From NCBI GenBank assembly GCA_973895155.1, contig OZ316891.1:20100169-20164168 (forward strand): a stretch of 64,000 nt of DNA. Reading direction: 5' to 3'. This DNA is from Marsupella aquatica (taxonomy: Eukaryota; Plantae; Marchantiophyta). Of this stretch, positions 11,511-25,490 are shown one piece after another; position 1 is the first letter of the stretch; every line of letters begins with the position of its first letter. The position numbers and the translations under genes were made by a program. The notes beneath the pieces are model-generated. The model did no database searches, was not told the origin of the DNA, and saw nothing but the letters and a program-made list of their open reading frames with translations.

Positions 11511-12735
11511 CCTCATAAAAGCTTGAGATTTGGGCCAGGCAGGGCTAGAACGGGCTTGTCTGAGTCCTCTGGGAGGCATTGGTCGGAGGGGGCAGGTGGA
11601 ATGAAGTGTATTTTATAATTAAAAAACTCTGTCAGGGCCTAGAGTACCTTTCCGACAAGCTTGTGAAGTGTTATCATCTCTGAAGCAGTGGAAAAAGCGA
11701 ATATAACACTTTGGCGTTGGATCTCACGCTCATAGGTGTCAAAGCAACGGTCCACCGATGTGGAAAACTCATATTGTAAGCGGGACCCGTCTCACCAAGA
11801 CAAGATTTAGGATTGGCTTTGTCGGATGAAAAGCTGCCAAGCACCTGGGCAGCTCTTCCGCCATAGCCAACAACTACTTTGGGACTACCGTAGTCTCGAG
11901 TGTGACGAAGTGCAACTATTTTACCTGGGGGACTAATGTAGACTCGAATTTCTCCGTCAGTCTCGTGCGAGCATCCGTACCCAAAATGGCCCTGCATGAC
12001 ACTCGTCTCGATCGAAATACAAAATTGACAGATTTTGCATACTGTCAACAGCAGCCGGCTGCAGCAAAACTAGATATCACCTCGAAGATATGGAAACCAG
12101 ATCCCCTTGAGCTTTGGGTACAGTATCTTTTCATGTATTCATAGGTTCTCCGAGTTCTCTTCAATGCCAACCATCCCCATATACATTATTACTCACCCCG
12201 AATATAGATATGGGAACCACATCCCATTGAGCTTTGAGTATAGTATCTTTTCATGCATTCATTAGGTTCTCCCTGTTAATTTTAATGCCAACCATCAGCA
12301 CCAATTACAAGCTAGAGTTGAGGCTAGGCTATTAGAATGAAGCATCTAGACCTTAACTCCATGGCACACCATATAAATGTGAAAGCTTATGATTATGATC
12401 TATGTCAAATGATAATTATCCTACATGTTTTTTGTTATCATTTATATTTACATTTAAAAAATGTACTCTATAGCCCACCATAAACATGGAAAGATCATGT
12501 ATATAAAGAGAAGTTATGTATGATTATTAAAATGATGACATGCATAATATTTTTTTATATTTCATTAACATTCAAAGAATGTAAATATGAAATATACTTT
12601 AGTGACAGTTTTATTGTACTCTCGGCTAGTATACATTATTATTGGACAACATTGTTGCATGATTTTATAACATCTCTTGCAAGGTACAAAGTTGATGTTC
12701 GGATGGACCAGAACGTTTGAGTTGGATCACAACAC

Positions 12736-13220
12736 CATGGAAAAAAAGACTCGATGGGAACCTCTATTGAAACCAACCATGGAGAAAAAGTCTTGATGGG
12801 GCCCTCTAGTGAAACAAACCATGGAGAAAAAGACTTGAGGGGGCCCTCTAGTGAAACAAACCATGGAGAAAAAGACTTGAGGGGGCCCTCTAGTGAAATA
12901 TGAAACAAATCATGGAGAAACAAACTTGAGGGGGCCCTTTAATGAAACATGAAACAAATCATGGAGAAAAAGACTTGATGGGCCCTCTAGCGAAACAAAC
13001 CATGGAGAAGAATACTTTTAGAGGGCCCTCTAGTGAAACAAACCATGGAGGAAAAAGACTTGATGGGGCCCTCCAGCGAGACACACGGTGGAGAAAAGCA
13101 TTTTATGGCGCCCTCTAGCGAAACAAACCATGGAGAAAAAGACTTTTATGGGGCCCTCTAGTGAAACATGAAACAATTCATGCAGAAAAAGACTTGATGG
13201 GGCCCCCTAGTGAAACAACC
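12736..13220 (+). repeat. Tandem array of ~11 x 42-50 bp units
   Basis: Unit CATGGAGAAAAAGACTTGATGGGGCCCTCTAGTGAAACAAAC repeated contiguously, with variants. Confidence 0.9.
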
Positions 13221-13903
13221 CCCTCACAAGGCCCCTTCTTTTGAATGGAACTTGAAGTAGAATAGTGTATGAAGATTCCTGATATAATTTGATTGATTTT
13301 GACCATTAGATTCTAACTAGTGGGGTCCCTGGCTAGGTGGGAAAGTAGGAAAAAAAAACATTGGCTAATTTTGGCCAAAAGTGGGAATAATCCTTACTCA
13401 GGTTACGAGTTTGGCACAGGAACACTACCTTCTATCAGGTGAATTAGTTACTGTAGTTATTACAAAAGAACACTCGATGATTTTTGCTAGAGATCCCAGT
13501 AACCAGAATCTGACAGCTTAAATCCAAGGAGATCTAATGGTCAGAGGCCAACCTAAGACTAGACAAGGAATATTCTTAAAATTTTATATTTCACACCAGG
13601 TAATATATGCCACAACAAAAAATTATTTTAAAATGAATTTGAAGCCCCCATGGACCCACAAGGTTTCTTTGAAACCCCCATGGACCACATTTCCCAAAAT
13701 TTGAGTTTAATTATAATAATTTGATATTCATAAATTCCAATTTCTTTTTAGCTTTGGGGTTATGCTAGAGGAGTAGGTAAAGTAAATATCCATCAAAGTG
13801 ACTCTAAATTTTGGGCCATTTTGATGGAGTTTTTCTTCATAACATGTGGAGGGTAGATTCCATCAGATTAATTTTCATTGTGCTATTATGAAATATTTGG
13901 GCT

Positions 13904-14194
13904 TGTTGGGGATAATCTCTATCCCGAGACACCATGCACATGTGAACACCATACAAAGTAGTCGACACAGCGAGTACGTGGTTCACCTCACAACTGAGGT
14001 TACGTCCACGGAAAGAAAGAGACCTTTACTTCTCTCTTGCTCCACTTCAACAATGAACTAAAGATCCACCTGGGGCTGGCATCAGCCCTTGTTATATACA
14101 GCATGCATCACTGCTAACCTCAGCTAAGTCCTAACCTGAGTTAGCCTAACTGTGGTTAGCTCTAGAGTCACAAGACTAAGAGCAATACTCAACA
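13904..14194 (-). mobile_element. Copia solo LTR with 5-bp TSD GGGCT
   Basis: TGTTG...CAACA termini; GGGCT at 13899-13903 and 14195-14199; the reverse complement matches the LTRs at 1091 and 34354. Confidence 0.9.
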
Positions 14195-14504
14195 GGGCTT
14201 GTGTTTGTTGTTGTCTCCTCCTTCTCTAGTTGGCTTGCAGATGCAAAATTAATTCATGGACCCCTTGGCTAATTGAGAAGTCTGCTTTGCTCCTTGCTTT
14301 TCTCAACAACAAACCCTAAGCTTTCTAGTACCTGAGTCATATTTGTAGAAGATGTGTCGCCCTATTTGTCAATGTACTTTCAAATAATTGGAAATTTTGG
14401 AGATTTTACTGCAGTTCGACTTTGGCAAGTTTTGAATTAGAGGTCAATAGTCTCATCACCTTGACGCAACTATTCACCAAATGGAGAAGACAGAGCTTAA
14501 GCTT

Positions 14505-14538
14505 AGAGAAGAGAAGAGAAGAGAAGAGAAGAGAGAAG
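14505..14538. repeat. (GAGAA)n microsatellite
   Basis: About 6-7 GAGAA units. Confidence 0.8.
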
Positions 14539-16796
14539 TTTGATTATGAATGGAAGCTGGTAGTCATGTTGTGTTGGACAAGTAGGATAGATTTTATAGT
14601 TTGTATTGTTTAGATTAGATTTTCTCACAAAATCATTGTGGACCCATTCAACGATGGCCTGAGCAGTTTGGCATTCCTTCAACTACCATGCTTTACTTTG
14701 CAGGCGGGAGTCAACACCGTGGTTATCACAAGCAGTTGTCAAAATCATGTCTTTTTACTACATGCAACCAAATTCTCAAGCTAAGAGAGTCAGGATTCAA
14801 TCCGTGGCAAGTCCATTTGAAATTAGATGAATGTCTGATCAATTGAATTGTATCAGTTCGTTGAGTTCAAGTTCGGACCGTAGCTGGCAGTTTGGCATTC
14901 CTTCAACTGCCATAAGAATACTTTGCTTTGCAGGCTGGACGGCATGGTTATCAAGCTAAGAGAGTCAAAATTCAATCTGTGGCAAGTGCATTTGAAACCA
15001 GATCAATGTATGTTCAATCAAATAAATTGTATCATTTCGTTGAGTTCAAGTTTGGACCATGGCTAGCAGTTTATCTTAATTGCAAAGGGCCAAAATCTTA
15101 CTCCAGGTGCCAATTACCCTTTAACAAAGAAGTTATCAAGTTAATTATTAGTCATTATTTATTATATGAAAAATACTTTTTAAATCTTTGAATTTAAGTT
15201 TTTAAAGTAGATATGTAAGTAAAATAGTTACATAGTGACAGTTTTGTGTCTTGCTCTTTGCATTTCTAATTTTTTTACTTTTCTTTTTACGACATGGCAT
15301 CCTAAAATTTACACCCAAATTGACACAAACACAAATGAAAATTATAAGTTTGATTCACAAAATTGATGAGACTTGTTTGTTGCGGTTATTGTTGACGTGG
15401 CACAATGTGGTGCCAGGAATTTTGGAAGAGACCTCTCATGGGATCCCTAATAATTAAAAATTTATTTCACGACTGACAAACATGAACTTATAGGGGGCCC
15501 AACTCCTACTGACCACCAAAATGTGATGCACAGGAGCATGGTGTCCAACCTGCCGTCAGTTTTTTAAAAATTAGGTTGGTAGGGACAAAAGGGCTACAAG
15601 GGTACTAAGGGTTTGGAAATGAGGGGCTGCAGGAAATGAGCAGGGGCTACAGGGACTGGGGCCGAACAAGTTCCCTTCAACAGAAGAGCCTCATCAGGGC
15701 TTTGTTTCCCTGGAGGGTCCCATCAAGTCTTTCTCTGCCGACACGGGTCTTCCATTTGACACAAATGGTCCACAACAATTGACCTTGGGACTTGGAGAAA
15801 CTAATCGCTTTTTGATACCTGAAAAGGTCAACATCCATTTAAGAAAGGTCAGACGACATTTGACATTGGGATTACAGTGAACCAATCACTTTTTGACATT
15901 TATTGATACTGTGGAAGGGTACTGTTTCAGTAGAAAGTAATGATTCAGAGCCCTCCATGTTGGGGAGATATGACCAAGCCTTCTCTGCCAATCGGGCCTC
16001 GACCAATTACAAGGCAGGGTCAGTAACAAAATTCTCAAATTTCCCACTGACCTTTGTTTTCCTCTTGAGATATAAACGTTCAATGAACTGGTGTTTCTTT
16101 CCCACCAACTTCTTTGATGGTAGTGGGGGAGTCTATCATTATGCTTTCCTAACAGTGATTTTGACAATAAAATTTTCTGCTTGGTCACCATATGTAGTGT
16201 GCCACTCGTAGACTGCAGGCTACGTGAGTATTAGCAATTTCTCTAGCGCAAACTCGATTACACGGCTGTTGTGAGATCCAGGTAACCCAATTTCCCCAAC
16301 AAATACAAATATGACGGACCGGCCACAACATTTCAAAGGGGCAACTACCAAACATAGAGGTTAGATCTGCAAAAGCTCATTAGAACCTGTCATGAATCAC
16401 ATCACAGCTTCATTATATCTGAGGAAGATGGTTACTTCCCCTCATATAATTTTGGAGCAGACACATTCCCTCAAGAATTTGGAAGCAAAAGTAGCTCCAA
16501 TTTGTAAAACCCCTACTTGAAGTTTAGTGTAAGGTGGACACGATCCAGCTCACTAAGGGAATTCGCTTCAAATAACTGTCACCAGAGACACGAAAATGAG
16601 TATTGCCGATGAGTGCAGACTGTAATCACTGAAATCTGATGTTGGAGTCACTTTACTCACTGAAGATCTGATATTGTACAGCTGTTGAATGGGTGTTCAC
16701 TGTCATTTACAGAATGACAACCTCAAGGCGCCAATTTTTTAATGGCATCTACAAATGTTCTAGACTACGCCCTTCCGTCTGATTCTCCAAAAGCTG

Positions 16797-19700
16797 CTAG
16801 ACATATGTGGTTGACGACTTTTTAGGATTTCCACGTTGGCCTCCAGAGTCCTTCAACGTATACTTCGGCCTTTTTGGTGGTGGAGCATCTTGTTCTCTAC
16901 CACCGTTGATTTTCGGACAGTCCTTCTTTTGATGCCCATACTCCCCACAGTTGAAACATCCACCTCCTTTTCCAGTACTTTGTGTGCGGCCTACACCTGA
17001 AGTGATCGAGAACTTATACCACAATTAGAGAGTCTGAAGCATCCCTACGCATCCCTAGGTGCACAAGCTGCTTGCCAACATGAATAATCTGTCTACCACA
17101 CAATCTTTCCGCAACTGCTGCTGCAGAAACTGACCTTGAGTATCTGTGTCCTTTGAACCAAATCTCCTAAAACGAGTCCACAACTTTGAAACGCTCTGGC
17201 TGAAGTCCACATGAATACGGCGGTCATCTATTAAGACGTTGTCCATCTGCAACATTACACAAACATGATGAGAACCAGATGCTTTCTATTGAAAATTAAT
17301 GCCGCAGCGAGGAGAAGTCACAGGCAGCAATCAACATGTCAACCTTCGCAGTTACTTGGATAACAAGACCAATTCAACATATCATGTAGAAAAGTATTCA
17401 TCTGGAAGACCTAGACATCCATCTTTATTCAGGCAAAACAGATAAGATAGTAAACGACCAAAAGTTTATCCCAGGGTAAGATGGGAGACTATGCAATTTC
17501 TCTATGCGAAGTACCTTAAAGTAGGCTGCTTCACATGACTCCTTATTGTCAAACTCTGGAAGTTCGCCCACAATGTTAGCGACGAAAACATGCAGGATGG
17601 TCTCATTGTCCACCGTGCTTCGGTTCAAGCTCCAAGCATCATGAAGTTGGCGAAAGATCGACACTCAGTAAAGGACTAAGATTCACGATCTTCGTACATT
17701 CACAGCTACAATAGTATTCTCATATCATCCAAAATATGATATTTAATGAAACATGAACTACGTTTCGAACAGAAGTACCTATAAAGCCGTAACAAAGGCT
17801 ATCTCCGGTCTTGTAGTCCCGAATGATATCTGCCCTGCTTCGGACAAAAATTGTACATATGACATGCTCAGTACTATTCAGTGCACAACAAAGGACAAAC
17901 ATCGGACAGACTATTCACTCAAAAACTAGTATGCATTCGAACCACTGTTGAATAACAAGTCCCTTGGAAAATTTGAGCCAGATTTACATCGCATCTAAAA
18001 GCCACTGCAATTTCCAAAGGAACAACAAAGGAAAAAGGATGGTTCATAACTTACGAAACAACTTTCCCAAACCTTGAGAAGATGGTGTCTAGGTCCCCTT
18101 CCTACAGAGTTAACAATAAGCAGTCAGAAATATTCCAAACTATGATGAACCCAAATCAATCAAACGCGAAGGGAACTTCACAAAACGCTTCGAAAACAAG
18201 CGGTACAGAACAAGACAACTTTGTGACAAATGCACTCTGCTTTGTGTCAAGCTAAGAATGGCTAAGATCTCAGCTTCGCACGAGGCTAGAATGCTGCTCT
18301 GTCAAACTCAAGAACCATCCGATATAGGATGTATCCATATGTTCTAGAAAAGCATAATCTAAGCTCATGTCTTTTGTAGGGGGGTTGTTTGGGTTGGACT
18401 GAATTAATTAAATATTTCGATGGATGGCACGACACCCCCTGTAAGCTAAGCGTGGGCCCACACGAAAAGACAGTCGAGAATTCCGAACCCTGGCTCGATA
18501 CCAAGACCTAAGTGTATCAACAGCGTCGGTCAAAAACACTAACGAAGCCCCTAAGGTGAAGGAGGAAACCCACCTCTGTGACAGGATTTAGCTTGCAGAC
18601 AAACAGAACATTCTCGGGCGGTGCAACCTCAGCCTCTGGTATATCACCAATCTGTAATGAAAACCACTTCCTCGGTTACAAGTGATAGAGAACAAAAACA
18701 CCAAGCTAGAGTAGCACAAGACGGTCAATGCGGATCTCAAAGCAAAAGATACCTAAAGACAAAAGCAAAGATATCTGCAGATGGAAAACACTGGACAAAC
18801 GAGTGGTAAGTTGATTATTTGTCAGCAAACAAAAGAAAGTCGAACAATCCATGTATTGTGGCATTCAAAGAGCTTGACCACAATTCGAATTACGTGCAGA
18901 GGACTTTCATCGACAACTGGACGAATGGCATGCTAAACATGGATTTAAAGTGTTGCTCAGCTCAAAATTTATAGAAAAACGCGTTCAGGCAAATTCTATA
19001 CCATTTCCAGCACCACAGCTCGAGAGTGAGCTTCCTTTTTGCGTATTGACTTATCCAGCTCCTCTGGATCCATTTGCTCATCGAGCGGCACCCAATCATC
19101 TTCCAGTCTCACTTCCTCACCCTGCAGAAAATTGTAAGGCAGCACTCGGTAAGAAATCAACGGTAATTGTGAACCGGCTCGTCCATAGCATGAAGAGATT
19201 CCGTTCAGTATGGAATCCATGCGATGTATACATTTGGTCGTTCATGGGAGTTCTAATGCATGGGCTCATAGAAATGCTAAGGTTGATATGAAAGCAATGG
19301 CGAACAAACAGCATATTTTCACCAACGTTAGGTTGCGACTATTGGACTTCAGAAAGATATTACAGCACACCACAATTGTGGGACATAGAACAATAACAGA
19401 AATTGCGGCCTGTTCAGACGAGCCCACCAGTCTTTCTTCTAAGTCCTTTTCCAGCACATTACAGCCTCAACAGTCGACCCGACACTTAACCCAACACAGC
19501 ATTAAAAGCAATCTCAGAAGAGCTTTAATCTGAGGCAACTATGATGAGCCAGTGCGATGTACCTCAGCTGGTGGCTTAATTTCAGGTGACTTCTCAGGAA
19601 TCAGTTCTTCTAGCTGTGGTGGGTCATCAAATGGATCATCCAGTACATCCACGTGTTTGATTCTAAAAGCAACATAGCACTGCGTAAGAATATCGGCTGA

Positions 19701-21471
19701 CCAACGGACTCCAACAATGTAAGGAGCTGCCGATTGCCTCTTAATATCGACTACTATCATGCCACTACTCATCTCATCTTGTCGTGAATACTTCCTCACT
19801 GCTGCATCTCATGAACAGTAAAGCGATTCTCATGCAGTATTAGCATTCTCTAATCCTCATATCGACAATCGATGACGTTTATTGTAAAGGGCCTCCAGAG
19901 CCAAAGGACATATGACGCCGTGGCTAGATATTGATCCAGTGTACCTGATATTTTTGTAAGGGCGCCCCTTGTCGTCCACGTACGCTTCGTTGATTCGCAT
20001 GAGTGTATCCAATCCTTCTGCTACTTCCCCAAATACCTAGTCATGAACACAATACTTCGCAAGGTCAGCAAAAAGATTCACATCAAACTGACAAAGCTGT
20101 GACACAAGACGCAATGAGGCAACTCCAACAACGAAACTGGTATACAGAGGACCAGACGAAAGATCAAATGGCCATGGCGAGAATTCATCGAAATCTCTTA
20201 TTGCCGTCTCACAAGCAATTCCCCAAAGTATTAGCACGAATCTGCCTATTATTGAAAACGCAAAGCGGATGCCAGGAATTGAGATGAGCTCAACTGTGTG
20301 TTTTCCATCCAGGTAGTCCAGGCCAGCTCGCAAAGTGATGTAAAACTGCAGGAAGTCACTCGGCACAGGATGATGCAATTGTAAGTAACGACCATCAGAA
20401 AGTTGACTCCACCCAAAATGATTACCAGGAACATACTCATGACACTATTACATTTACGCAACGTGAGAACAACAGGGCCATGAGTCAATTGATACAAAAC
20501 TAGTTATCTTGCCATGATCACCTGGGAAGCATTTAAGTTCTCTCCTGCACTGGCCATGGCAACTGTGCCAATTTTGTCATGTGTTAATTTAGGGTGGAAC
20601 TCATCATTGAAGAACCTGGCTTGGTCTCCATATAAAAATCTGAACAGAGCACAAAACGATTAGTTTAGACACACCTTCGATCATCGATGAAGCAAAGTTG
20701 CACGGATCAACAATACTTCTAAATGGGTGTCGGACACCCTGTAAACTGACGTACTGCCTCGGAAGTAGAATAGCAAAAAGTTTTCAAAGAGAAATGGAGG
20801 ACAGACGCAAGAAAACCAGCTAGCAATACATTATAACTGCCTGGACGACAGAAGAACCCCAAAGTTCACTTAATTCGCAATTAATCTCGGGAATATAGGG
20901 AGCCCCTGCAGCCAGGTTTGGTGAGTCTGTAAGCAAAGTAGCCCATCCACCCTGAGAGCTTCAAAAAACAAGGTCTCTCATTTCCAAAACATTCTGAGCT
21001 ACCGTGCTTGAAGTCTGTCGCACAAGCATTTGACGGATGAAAAAAATATCTCAACAAAGCGCTTCCACTTACTTGTACACAGAGTCCCCTCCGGAGCCTT
21101 TGCCGGTGGGATCACCCGTCTGAGCTATGAAATCCTTCTTTACATCATGAAAGAGGCAATTGTTGTAGTACTTCATCCTGTAGCGAGATCAACACCCGAA
21201 CACAGCATTCATTGCTCACATTCCTGCCCTCCGCTCCAATCAATCAATCAAATCCACCAAAATCTTCACAAGGACTCCGGCGTGCTGCCTTGCCACTCAA
21301 TCGGAAAGCATCAATTGAAGAAGAGGCTTGGAGAATGCGAGAACAGGGAGCGAGGGGTTTAGGGCTTACATACTTGCATAATTTCAAAAAATTCTTGGAC
21401 GTGAGAGGACAGAGGTCCGTATGCAGGTCGATGACGATGTCTCCAAAACTAGTGTTGAGAATTACCGCCAT
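16797..21471 (-). CDS. CYP59: Cyclophilin-RRM-CCHC zinc knuckle protein (CYP59/PPIL4), 13 exons, ~405 aa
   Basis: Exons with GT-AG ends: 21471-21374, 21177-21073, 20639-20522, 20345-20295, 20036-19945, 19662-19563, 19121-19002, 18651-18574, 18101-18055, 17834-17779, 17555-17515, 17246-17135, 16996-16797; total 1218 nt, in frame. Motifs [49 protein letters not shown]. Confidence 0.92.
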
Positions 21472-21654
21472 GATCGCCCGCCCCTCCACCTCCGTTCCTT
21501 TCTCGAGTTCAATTCGAGCCCGAGTAAACGAGAGTAGTAGTCTACATTCGGCGAAAACTCTTCAGAAATACCCCCACAGCTTCGATTGGATGTGTTGCAT
21601 CAATCCTGCGCTGAAAATGTCACTCGAAGATTGTCACTCTTTGGAGAAAGTTTA

Positions 21655-21878
21655 CATTCTCAATGTTTCAAGTTTGATGGACCTTAACTCAGTAGTTAAG
21701 GTTAGTAACAGTTATGTTTACCAATTTGATAATACATCAGTTTTTGTCATAAGATGTGATCATCTGCCATTCTCAATGTTTCAAGTTTGATGGACCTTAA
21801 CTCAGTAGGTAAGGTTAGTAACAGTTATGTTTTACCAAATTGATAATACATAACTTTTTGTCATAAGATGTGATCATA
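21655..21878. repeat. Near-perfect tandem duplication (~113 bp x2) upstream of CYP59
   Basis: CATTCTCAATGTTTCAAGTTTGATGGACCTTAACTCAG...GTCATAAGATGTGATCAT present twice. Confidence 0.9.
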
Positions 21879-23595
21879 TGCCATGACCATAAGGGCCGTC
21901 TTGCATGTGCAAGGCCCTATGTTTTCCGGCCCTCAAGTGAACCCGTGTCACTTCAAAATGCTGCAACAGTAAGGCAGTCATGACTGCATATTTTGTGGGG
22001 AAGCAAGGGCAAGGGCAGGAAATTTTCCGGCCCTTGAGGTCCCGAACCTTCAAAAGAGAATACAACAAAATTGCAGCCGGTACAACTGAATGGGCGCGTC
22101 ACACGTGTTGCATTCTTTGATTGAATTTAGATTCAGGTTGACACTTTTCCCCTACATTTGTGGGCTGGTTAGGGCCACTTTTTTGAGGACTTTTGCACAT
22201 GCAAGACAGCCCTAAGTCACTCTAGAGGCTAGTGAAACAAACCTTTTACATAACTGTGTGAAAAAGTTATGACCATTTGTTTATGGCTAATAGTCTGCAG
22301 CATTGAAGGTTTGTGATGCCCTAATGGCTTATTCGAAGATCCCCTAGGGAAAGTTTGCGGATAGCAAAAACCAAACTTTCCCAATTTGACCCCACATATT
22401 AGTTTTATGCGCAAATGAACTGTTTACAAAGCACAGAAATTGATTGGCCTTCAAATCGACCCCAATCCCCACCCGTTGCAGAGCCTTCTTACCTACCCTG
22501 CTAGCTAGTCAACTGCATTTACAAAGACTTGACCCTGGTAATCAATTGTGTCCAGCCATGACAAGACATGTACACACCAGTGTGGAGCTGATGAGCTCAA
22601 GTTTCTACATTACTCTCTAAGGCGAGCTTAGAGGCTTTGAATTGATGAAGAGTCACTAGCTAGTGTACGTCATCAATGGTCATGAGATTTTTGAGGTCGG
22701 AGATGCCACAATTACTTTGAAGTCAGGCTCTTCCTTCATGAGTCAATCCATTTTGCCAATGGTGCCCATTCGCAAAATCTTTTTCTTTGTGAGAAGTGCA
22801 AGAACTTCTCAGATTAGGTCGTTTGAGAGACTGAAAAAGTTATCCTTTGAATGCTCTTGAACGCTCTTGCATCTGCAGGAGCTGTGGTGAGACTACCCTC
22901 ATGAGAAAGTCATTGTTGCAAATGTTGTTGTTGCTGCTATCAATGATACTGATTGCAGGTCTAGGGCTCACCCTGCGTCACCTCTCACCTCCTCTGCTGC
23001 TTTTCACCTTCAAACCTTAAGCCTGACATGAATGCCAAAAGATGTGAGTATGCGCGTCACGTGTTAACTCTTCATCCATCAAAACATCTATATATAGATT
23101 CTCATACACCGTCCAACAAGTGTTGCTAAAGCTCTTAAATGATTAAATAGAGAGCGCAAATGGTCAAGTATTGAAACATCTATTGTCGATAGTCTTCATT
23201 TAAATTTGAGCAGAGTTGTCTTAGAGCTTTCAATTGAGAGTAGAACGAAGAGCTTTCTAATGTATCAAACCAAACATCTAGTCTTAGTGCTGGTGCATGA
23301 TAACCAAATTACATTAGAGTTTGCAGATATCAACCAGCTAGGGCCGATGTCTATCTTATCAGTACTAAACCTACTAATCATAATTAGATGGAGACAAAAA
23401 AGATGTACTTGTATTTGCAAAGAACAACATGATCAGTGCAACCCAAACATGTGTGATTTTCATTGAGAGCCAAAGGACGAAGAACAGCCATTAATCAAGT
23501 ATGAAGATGGTATCCATGAAGTTTGATTGAGCTGCTGACATCACTTGGTGAGCATTTTAGAGTGTGTCGACCTCTCTATGATAAGCCTCCATGCT

Positions 23596-23878
23596 AGGGG
23601 GTTAACTAAGCTTATATTTTGGGGTACCACGTGCAATCCTAGCCTAGTATAAATACACCTAGATTTTATACAAAACATATTCTAAGAATATTCTTCATTT
23701 TTAATATTAGTGACTTATTTTATTTTATAAAAGATATATATTAGAGATTATTTCATAAACATGAGTTTTTAGTACCTCTTTTGGCCTCCTACGTTTTTTT
23801 CAAATTTAGTTAATTTCTATCAAAAATACATATTTTGGATCACACGTGGTTCCTAAGATTTTTTATAGTCAACCCCTC
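23596..23878. mobile_element. MITE-like element with degenerate ~45-bp TIRs and an AT-rich core
   Basis: AGGGGGTTAACTA...ACCACGTGCAATCC vs GGATCACACGTGGT...TAGTCAACCCCT in inverted orientation. Confidence 0.55.
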
Positions 23879-23939
23879 AAACACTCATGCTCAATTGAGT
23901 GTACTAGCAAGTTGATCTTGCTACAACACTGCTTGTGTT

Positions 23940-24097
23940 TGGGGTGTGGATTGGCGACCGGATATCGGCCCCTTTTTTGTATTTAAAAAACTTGTGAAAA
24001 GAGGATGTATGTATGAGAGCCATTGCACAAGCTACGACTACATGTTAATGTCGAGTGAACAAAAGGGGCCGATATCCGGTCGCCAATCCGCGCCTCA
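23940..24097. mobile_element. MITE-like element with ~37-bp TIRs
   Basis: GGATTGGCGACCGGATATCGGCCCCTTTT and its exact reverse complement AAAAGGGGCCGATATCCGGTCGCCAATCC; no clean TSD. Confidence 0.7.
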
Positions 24098-25273
24098 GGT
24101 TCAACATAAGTTCTCTTGTGTCAACAACCTCACTGTGACTATGACTGATTGTTCAACATGAGCAATGGTTTGAAACGATTAATGGATGGCACATTAGGTG
24201 TCGACTTGATCTAGAATTGTTTAAAAGTTCTATTATAGCACCGTTGTTCAATTATGTTTCTACCGTTTGCTGCCTGCAGGTAGGATGGATGCTCAAAGCA
24301 TGATCAATTAGGCAAATTAAGAATCTGGCCTAGCTAGACTAGCTTGAGGCCATGGAGTGATTTATCCGAATGCACGGCAAGCAGCCACAAAGTGGAACAC
24401 ATATTTTTGGACTTTCTTCTTAATTTCAACCCCTACAAATTGTGTAAAATAAAATTTTCAACTACTACATAGCCTCCAATATAATATCCTTCTATTTGTA
24501 TTGTACTCTGAATTTACCAAAGTGGAGAAGATTGTTGTGGTCTGTTTATTGAAAATGCACAATTCAAAAGGAAAGAGTGTCTCAAAGTTAGAGTGTATTT
24601 TAATTAAGCTTGTGAACGTGAACTATGTTGCCAATGGTAAACTTCATGCAACTTTAATCAGAAAATTGAATGTACCTAGGGTCAATTTGTTGTACTTAAC
24701 TTGGAAACAAAAAGGAGAGACCCTTGTCATCCAAAACATAAAAAGAAAACTATATTCTAATTACCAATCTGTTAATGCGGGGTGTTTGTAGTGTACGAGT
24801 GCTACTTTAATTGTCATTGGCCTCAAAGGTTATTGTCTCTCCTTAGTATAACCTCGTGGAATTAGTCCATTTGGCAATATGTCTTGCAAAGGTGACATAC
24901 TAAATGAGTTGTAAGAGTTCAATCTTTTTGTGAATGCTTTTGAGTTTTGTTAAGCAAACAAGTTTATGCGCAGGCAGGCCATGGAATCTAAAGCTCCTCA
25001 CAGAATAAGAAATCATCTTGGTCTGCCAGTGAGAAAGCTCTTTGAAGTCCATATTCCAGTACACTTTGAGCATGGTTCTTCTAAGGTTTCTTGGACTTTG
25101 TATGTTGTCAAGGAAGCATGGACGTTTAAATAATAATTTAAATAGTTTAAATAGCATTAAGCCCGACCACATTGCTTGCATCTTCTCCATTTGCAGCCTA
25201 AATGTCTGACCTCATCCTTTTACAATGCCTTGCTGCTTGGCTTTTCTTAGAGCTACCGAATAAAGCATCGTAT

Positions 25274-25490
25274 CAAGTTTTAATTCTTTGCCACTAAAGA
25301 TGTTCACATTGATAATATTGCCATGGTTTCTTTTGTTTTTACAAATATGCCATGGTTTTGTATAAAGATGATAAGTTTAACAAAGGAACAGAGGTGGAAA
25401 TATATGAAAATGTGGCATATTTTAAATATGATTAAAACAATGGTAGTATTGTAAATGAAACATCTTTAGGGGCAATGTAGTTAAAGGTTG
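25274..25490. mobile_element. MITE with ~50-bp TIRs and a ~10-bp TSD (Mutator-like)
   Basis: TTGCCACTAAAGATGTT inverted as AACATCTTTAGGGGCAA; flanks AGCATCGTAT (25264-25273) and AACATCGTAT (25491-25500). Confidence 0.65.

Larger units (their letters stand above)
12736..15740. mobile_element. ~3.0 kb non-autonomous TIR-type DNA transposon insertion
   Basis: Absent from the paralogous empty site at ~5360-5385 (GGATCACAACACCGGTCTTGC). Flanked by ACAC/ACAC. The left end is a 42-bp array; the right end (15698-15740) is one inverted copy of the unit. No transposase recognised. Confidence 0.7.

Noticed and set aside
12736-13220. CRISPR-like appearance of the 42-bp array
   Set aside because: Units are contiguous with no unique spacers, there are no cas genes, and the context is eukaryotic.
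21130-21160. Missing canonical catalytic Arg in the cyclophilin domain (FHDV)
   Set aside because: Substitution at this site is typical of the CYP59/PPIL4 subfamily, so it is not novel.
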